IMG/VR virus record: IMGVR_UViG_3300025018_000001 | DNA: 64,000 nt | Direction: 5' to 3' (one strand) | Origin: a virus | Lineage: Duplodnaviria > Caudoviricetes | In this document: piece after piece, positions 59,720 through 64,000 of the stretch | How the letters are laid out: every line of letters starts with the position of its first letter | Numbering within the stretch: the stretch's first letter is position 1 | Notes under the pieces: model-generated | Database searches by the model: none | Seen by the model: the letters and a program-made list of their open reading frames with translations, nothing else | Told to the model about the DNA's origin: nothing | Translations under genes and position numbers: made by a program

Positions 59720-60016
59720 ATGTCAACAACAGAAAATAAATTTGGTAAATTAAGATTGTCTGTTGAAGGAACAAATAATGGTTCTGGGTTTGATATATTC
59801 TATGACTTTGGTAAATCATTAGATTTTGCTGAATTCACATCAAAACATGAATTTTATTTTATCCAACCATGGATGCAATTTCCTTCGAAAGAATATAGTG
59901 ATACTTGTAAATTAGTATCTATTGAACTAGTAAAAAGATTTAATCAATATGATGACCTAGTACGAGAAAATAAAAGGTTATTAGAATGTATTGAACATTT
60001 AAAAAAACAAGGATAA
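59720..60016 (+). CDS. Hypothetical protein
   Basis: GAGG RBS. Confidence 0.7.
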   Translation: MSTTENKFGKLRLSVEGTNNGSGFDIFYDFGKSLDFAEFTSKHEFYFIQPWMQFPSKEYSDTCKLVSIELVKRFNQYDDLVRENKRLLECIEHLKKQG

Positions 60017-60018
60017 CT

Positions 60019-60495
60019 ATGATAACTGTAATTCAGGGTTTAAAAAGAATTAAACACCTACTGCGTAAAATCGAAACAACACAAGGGCGTATTGCTCGTT
60101 GGTGCTCTTATACAAATGATGAAGAACCATTGTATACTGATATCAACGCCCTTATCCAATCTGCAAACGATATGCAAGCCGAAGTTGGTAAAATTCGTCA
60201 TGCTATTCATAAACTCAATGCAACTACAGTAGTTACTTTTAAGGATAAAGAAACCACCCTTGATGAGTTATTAATTGAGGCCACGGTGAACATTCCTGTA
60301 CGCATTGCTACATTGAAAACTCTTCGTAGGAAAGAGAAAAATGGTTACATGCATAATGCCAAGCAAGAAGTAAAGGTAATTCTACAGTACGATCCACATA
60401 AACGTGATAAAGATTTGGATGCCTTAATTGAATTGCAATCTGATATTAATGATTTTATTGATATTATGAACATTCAATTAGAACTTCCAATGTAA
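60019..60495 (+). CDS. DIP1984-like (DUF6847-like) helical protein
   Basis: Resembles the remembered family pattern: MITVIQGL, AIHKLNATT, TTLDELL, INDFID..N..LEL. Confidence 0.6.
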   Translation: MITVIQGLKRIKHLLRKIETTQGRIARWCSYTNDEEPLYTDINALIQSANDMQAEVGKIRHAIHKLNATTVVTFKDKETTLDELLIEATVNIPVRIATLKTLRRKEKNGYMHNAKQEVKVILQYDPHKRDKDLDALIELQSDINDFIDIMNIQLELPM

Positions 60496-60500
60496 TTTAA

Positions 60501-60699
60501 TTGTATGGGTAGTGATAAAGATCTATAAAAAATCTTTTAACTGATATCAGGGGCTGGACAACCAGCAAGATTAGGTTTAAGGACTAAGGTATTAGGAATA
60601 TAGGTTTTAGTTGTTATATCACAAATAAAAATCCTTGTAGTAGAATGTGGTTTTTAAAAGATTTCCCTTTAGGTGCTCACAAGGCAGCTATCTGTACAA
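60501..60699 (+). ncRNA. Structured RNA with 7-nt-periodic (T/A)AGG loop, directly after the DIP1984-like gene
   Basis: 13-bp terminal stem, perfect 11-bp inner stem, 6-bp stem, GCTGG/CCAGC hairpin. Confidence 0.7.
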
Positions 60700-60706
60700 T
60701 TAGTAA

Positions 60707-60778
60707 AGGGATGTAACTCAATGGTAGAGTACCAGGTTTTGAGCCTGGGAGTTGTAGGTTCAAGTCCTACCGTCCCCG
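60707..60778 (+). tRNA. tRNA-Gln (UUG), CCA not encoded
   Basis: CCAGG-TT TTG AG-CCTGG; GTAGG-TTCAAGT-CCTAC; 1-72 mismatch. Confidence 0.92.
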
Positions 60779-60780
60779 AA

Positions 60781-60915
60781 TAATACAACAAAGGTATACG
60801 TGTAAGAAACATAAGAGAAATAGATGGTACTCTGGCTGAGTACATACTCACTGCGCTACCCGTGCAGAGTGACATTAGGTTATATAGACTCTTAGGCCTC
60901 GTTATTGTTGTATTA
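60781..60915 (+). ncRNA. Unidentified multi-stem RNA between tRNA-Gln and tRNA-His
   Basis: taatacaacaa/ttgttgtatta, taagag/ctctta, gtactc/gagtac, tcac-tgc/gca-gtga. Confidence 0.6.
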
Positions 60916-60923
60916 GTTTTGCA

Positions 60924-60996
60924 GTGGGGTTAGCTCAATTGGTCAGAGCACCTGGTTGTGGCCCAGGAGAAGGGGTTCGAGTCCCCGCCTCACCCA
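60924..60996 (+). tRNA. tRNA-His (GUG) with a short 4-bp T stem
   Basis: GCTC/GAGC D stem, CCTGG-TT GTG GC-CCAGG, GGGG-TTCGAGT-CCCC. Confidence 0.85.
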
Positions 60997-61009
60997 ATTT
61001 AGTATAGTT

Positions 61010-61361
61010 AAGGAGGTAGGCTTAGAAGCAGCTATTGGTACAAGGAACTAAATACATTGCCAAATGTTGTAGTTTTTCAGGGCCAGCGTAGTTAAACTAG
61101 CTAAAAAACTAGGGAGAACTATTGCCTTTAAAGAGTAGATCGTGATACTTGGAACAGTATACTAGGTAGAGGAAACCTACCATAGCTGTTCCCTCTTACA
61201 GATGTGGGTCAGATCCAAAGATGAACTCTTGGGCAGGGCTGTAAGATGCGCTGCGGAGTCGTTCACCAGTGACTGTGAGTAATGAGTGGTTGCCTACTTG
61301 ATGATACACACACTGCGAAGTTAGACGCAACCATGGATTTTTTGGCGTAACAGCACACTTT
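61010..61361 (+). ncRNA. 23S rRNA GTPase-associated-centre (H43/H44, L11-binding domain) mimic split by two insertions
   Basis: AGGAGGTAGGCTTAGAAGCAGCTAT [89 nt] CCTTTAAAGAGT [208 nt] GCGTAACAGCACACTT, collinear with E. coli 23S positions ~1053-1106. Confidence 0.85.
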
Positions 61362-61388
61362 TCTATTCTAATTTTACGGAGAAACTTT

Positions 61389-61640
61389 ATGGGCAAGACG
61401 TGTAAGTTTTGTTTAAGTGAAGATTTAATACCAGTACATGATCATTACATCTTTTGTGCCAACTGTACAGCTATCTATACATCTATGATATTAATATCAA
61501 AATCTTGTGAACATATAAACGATGGTTCTATATCTGTTGATAGAGTGCCTTGGTATAAGGAACTCAGACAAACGTTCCCATATATAATAGATGATAAATG
61601 CTCTGAGTGTGGAAAAGAAGCAATCGCTGATGGATGGTAA
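61389..61640 (+). CDS. Small Zn-finger protein
   Basis: CKFC, CANC, CSECG. Confidence 0.65.
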   Translation: MGKTCKFCLSEDLIPVHDHYIFCANCTAIYTSMILISKSCEHINDGSISVDRVPWYKELRQTFPYIIDDKCSECGKEAIADGW

Positions 61641-61652
61641 ATTTATTATGAG

Positions 61653-61922
61653 GTGTTTATGGATCTTTTAGAATTTTTTGATATTTATAATATAAATCAT
61701 TTAATTGCCTACAAATATCTAACAGAAACAGGTACATGGCCGGAGGGATTTATACCCGACAAATGTATATTGTCTAATGTATGGCAGTATCAGCTAGCGG
61801 CAAAAATGGCTGTAGCTTATGTAAATCTTGGTGTAGCAGGTAAAATACCAAGTATACTAGAGGAATCTGCCAGAATGACAAAGGAAGAAGAGGATGAAAT
61901 AATAAGAAGGGGTTACTTCTAA
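61653..61922 (+). CDS. Hypothetical protein
   Basis: GAGG RBS. Confidence 0.65.
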   Translation: MFMDLLEFFDIYNINHLIAYKYLTETGTWPEGFIPDKCILSNVWQYQLAAKMAVAYVNLGVAGKIPSILEESARMTKEEEDEIIRRGYF

Positions 61923-61951
61923 CAAACTAATATAGGATTAAAGGAGAAGGA

Positions 61952-62542
61952 ATGTGGTATAATTTTTTTATTATTGGTGGTATATGGTTCTGGCTTCTGT
62001 TTGCATTAGAAATGTGCTCTTTATTTTATTATACATACAATGAGGATACTGCAGAGTCATGTATAAGTTTTGTAATCTTCCTTGCTATTATACATTTATT
62101 TGGTGACGCCTCTTTATTTACGTACATTCAGAATAATAGTATGGATACTCTACGCTATATATCATTATATCTTGGTATTGGTGTAGGTTTCTACTTTTTT
62201 TACTCTGCGTACAAAATGTTTACGTTTAAAATGTATGCTAGAGAACTTAAAGAAAAGTGGGGGAAAATTACTAATACTGATGAATCATGGGAAAAATATT
62301 TCTCTGCCGCAGTATCAGTTAAAGAAAGAAAAAAAGCCAGCTTAGACTATTACAAAGAAAGAGCACCGTTATGGATTATATGGTGGCCAGTAGTATCTAT
62401 TACCGCTTTGTTAGGCGACTTCCTGGTTAATTGTGTGAAGTATACATACACGTTATTTTTTGAACGTATAATCAAAAAGATGCATGGTGCCATTTTAGGT
62501 AACTCTATACCTCCAGAAGATCCTATGAGTAAAAGATGGTAG
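61952..62542 (+). CDS. Multi-TM membrane protein
   Basis: Four hydrophobic segments; AAGGAG RBS. Confidence 0.7.
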   Translation: MWYNFFIIGGIWFWLLFALEMCSLFYYTYNEDTAESCISFVIFLAIIHLFGDASLFTYIQNNSMDTLRYISLYLGIGVGFYFFYSAYKMFTFKMYARELKEKWGKITNTDESWEKYFSAAVSVKERKKASLDYYKERAPLWIIWWPVVSITALLGDFLVNCVKYTYTLFFERIIKKMHGAILGNSIPPEDPMSKRW

Positions 62543-62548
62543 TAAGCT

Positions 62549-62755
62549 ATGCATAAATTTCCCGAAGAAAAACCAAAAGAAAACCTATCTGTCATTGCTT
62601 ATACAAAAAATGGTGGTATTTACCTAGCTAATTACAGAAAATCACTTACATGGTCTGGTTATAAAATGCAATTTATCAATACACTTAGTAGAGGTTTTGC
62701 TATAGATCAAGTAATAGGTTGGAATAGAATTCCACAAACAACGGATACACTATGA
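62549..62755 (+). CDS. Small phage protein (DUF551-like)
   Basis: FPEEKPK...VIAYTK...VIGW. Confidence 0.5.
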   Translation: MHKFPEEKPKENLSVIAYTKNGGIYLANYRKSLTWSGYKMQFINTLSRGFAIDQVIGWNRIPQTTDTL

Positions 62756-62789
62756 CAATATAAAATATAACTTGACAAAGTAATATAAA

Positions 62790-63104
62790 ATGTATATACA
62801 GTTAAAAGATAAAGATAATTTCAAATCAGGTGTCTTGTATATTCATTGTGATACAGAAGAGTTCCTTGCTCAGATAAACAAATGGTTAGTTGAATTAAAA
62901 GACTGGGTGGCATCTACTGTATATTCTGGTATGCCACTTAGTAGATTTGACCCAGAAGTAGCTATGGTTGATTTGATATGGTATCTTTGTAAGTACTACG
63001 ATGAAACAAGTATGCTAAGAGAAAAAGGAAGGATAATTGGTACGTTTAGATTGGTACCTTACTCAGTAGCCGATAAAGATATTACTACTATACTATTGAA
63101 TTAG
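62790..63104 (+). CDS. Hypothetical protein
   Basis: ORF track. Confidence 0.6.
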   Translation: MYIQLKDKDNFKSGVLYIHCDTEEFLAQINKWLVELKDWVASTVYSGMPLSRFDPEVAMVDLIWYLCKYYDETSMLREKGRIIGTFRLVPYSVADKDITTILLN

Positions 63105-63126
63105 TTTAAAAATTTTAAGGAGTGGA

Positions 63127-63504
63127 ATGAAAACATTTAATATTTATGCAAATCCTCAGAAGCAGTATAAGGCAGTTAAAATTGGATGGTCTTGGCCAGG
63201 ATTCTTTTTTTGTATTGTTTGGGCATTGATTAAACAGATGTGGGCAGTTGCAGGAATTCTTTTTGCAGTATTTTTTGTTATTGGAATGCTTACGGCTGGA
63301 ATGCCCGAAGATGTTTCTAACGGTTTGCTTAATATTTTATCATTGGGTGCTTCTCTCCTAGTTGGTTTTCAAGGAAACAATTGGGTCAGAGCTAACTTGC
63401 TTTCTCGTGGATATGAGTTGATAGACACTGTAACAGCTACTAATAAGGAAGCAGCTATTGCCTTATTCCTTAGATCTTCATCACCAGTAGCAGTAGCAGC
63501 ATAA
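63127..63504 (+). CDS. DUF2628-like membrane protein
   Basis: KAVKIGWSWPGFFF, GNNWVRANLLSRGYE. Confidence 0.75.
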   Translation: MKTFNIYANPQKQYKAVKIGWSWPGFFFCIVWALIKQMWAVAGILFAVFFVIGMLTAGMPEDVSNGLLNILSLGASLLVGFQGNNWVRANLLSRGYELIDTVTATNKEAAIALFLRSSSPVAVAA

Positions 63505-63512
63505 AGTTGTGG

Positions 63513-63585
63513 GCGCCTGTAGCTCAGTGGATAGAGCATTTGCCTTCTAAGCAAAAAGTCGTTGGTTCGAGTCCAACCCGGCGTA
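63513..63585 (+). tRNA. tRNA-Arg (UCU), CCA not encoded
   Basis: TTTGC-CT TCT AA-GCAAA; GTTGG-TTCGAGT-CCAAC. Confidence 0.93.
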
Positions 63586-63601
63586 AATTTAAGATGTACC
63601 T

Positions 63602-63674
63602 ACTCCTATACCTCAATTGGTTAGAGGGCACGCCTTATAAGCGTGTCATATGGGTTCAATCCCCGTTGGGAGTA
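63602..63674 (+). tRNA. tRNA-Ile (UAU), CCA not encoded
   Basis: ACTCCTA/TGGGAGT acceptor; CACGC-CT TAT AA-GCGTG. Confidence 0.88.
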
Positions 63675-63693
63675 AATGATATTAAACTAACTT

Positions 63694-63720
63694 CCTATAT
63701 AGTAAATCGAACTATATAGG
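63694..63720. terminator. 10-bp hairpin after the tRNA pair
   Basis: cctatatagt / actatatagg. Confidence 0.4.
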
Positions 63721-63729
63721 AGGTGTCTG

Positions 63730-64000
63730 ATGGTATGTGAGAATTGTGGTTCAATCCATGATGGTAATTATGGCTCAGGAAGGTTTTGTTGTGAAAAATG
63801 TGCAAGAAGTTTCTCAACAAAATTTAATCGAGAAGAAACAAACAGAAAAGTAAGTAAAACTCTTGGTGGTAAATGCTATAAGCCTAAAGAGAAATATTGT
63901 TTATACTGTGGTGATAAGTTAAGCAGCACTGCTAAAAAGTTTTGTAATAACAATAGTTGTATGCATGAGTACGCATATTTATTAAATGTAAATAGTTGGT
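63730..64000 (+). CDS. Probable HNH/homing endonuclease, N-terminal part (truncated by window end)
   Basis: MVCENCGSIHDGNYGSGRFCCEKCARSFS Zn-binding N-terminus typical of phage HNH nucleases; GGAGG RBS. Confidence 0.6.
   Translation, partial: MVCENCGSIHDGNYGSGRFCCEKCARSFSTKFNREETNRKVSKTLGGKCYKPKEKYCLYCGDKLSSTAKKFCNNNSCMHEYAYLLNVNSW

Noticed and set aside
61169-61175. RNase P RNA (GAGGAAA) or tmRNA
   Set aside because: GAGGAAA is not followed by GUCC and lies in a small hairpin; no P4 partner, no alanyl-tRNA-like ends and no tag ORF
61010-61361. Real rRNA operon fragment or contamination
   Set aside because: Only the ~58-nt H43/H44 core matches, split by inserts at positions where bacterial 23S has none, and it is embedded in phage tRNA context
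613-63554. Numerous minus-strand and nested ORFs in the ORF track (e.g. 28104..28427, 29648..30247, 53123..53566)
   Set aside because: They are antisense shadows of well-supported + strand genes, with no RBS and no recognisable motifs
1-64000. CRISPR array, TIGR-like array or other long tandem repeat-spacer array
   Set aside because: No regularly spaced repeats found by eye; the 27-nt motif copies are kilobases apart
1-64000. Alternative genetic code (prompted by the UCA tRNA-like element)
   Set aside because: Long conserved genes are intact under code 11, and TAA, TAG and TGA all end genes at sensible boundaries
1-64000. Bacterial chromosome or prophage interpretation
   Set aside because: No housekeeping operons, integrase or host flanks; the density of small unknown ORFs, single-strand coding and phage-type ligase and RNAP indicate a large phage

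Overview
This AT-rich (roughly one-third GC) window looks like part of a large dsDNA bacteriophage genome. Essentially all credible genes are on the + strand, tightly packed and often translationally coupled; no virion structural genes are visible. (1) About 1-20 kb holds many small hypothetical ORFs plus a NUDIX hydrolase, an HNH nuclease, a peptide deformylase-like protein, a PurZ-type adenylosuccinate synthetase paralogue (GSTGKG), RtcB and a K+ channel. (2) About 20-31 kb holds a PspA/DUF2491/TAXI-fusion membrane-stress module, an SPFH lipoprotein, two metallophosphoesterases, a DNA ligase, a CCA/HD nucleotidyltransferase and three aberrant tRNA-like RNAs. (3) About 31-57 kb is an expanded phiEco32-like amidoligase/ATP-grasp/glutamine amidotransferase/GGCT cluster with an embedded single-chain two-barrel RNA polymerase (DFDGD), SSB and SF2 helicase. 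(4) About 57-64 kb holds RuvB and a tRNA region (Leu-UAG, Gln-UUG, His-GUG, Arg-UCU, Ile-UAU) containing several unexplained structured RNAs. The most striking is a ~350-nt RNA that reproduces the 23S rRNA L11-binding GTPase-associated centre (H43/H44) split by two structured insertions. A 27-nt intergenic motif (TGGGGNNTAGTGGTACTGGYGTTTYGG) occurs four times and is a candidate promoter for the phage RNA polymerase. All family assignments come from motif recognition by eye; no searches were run.
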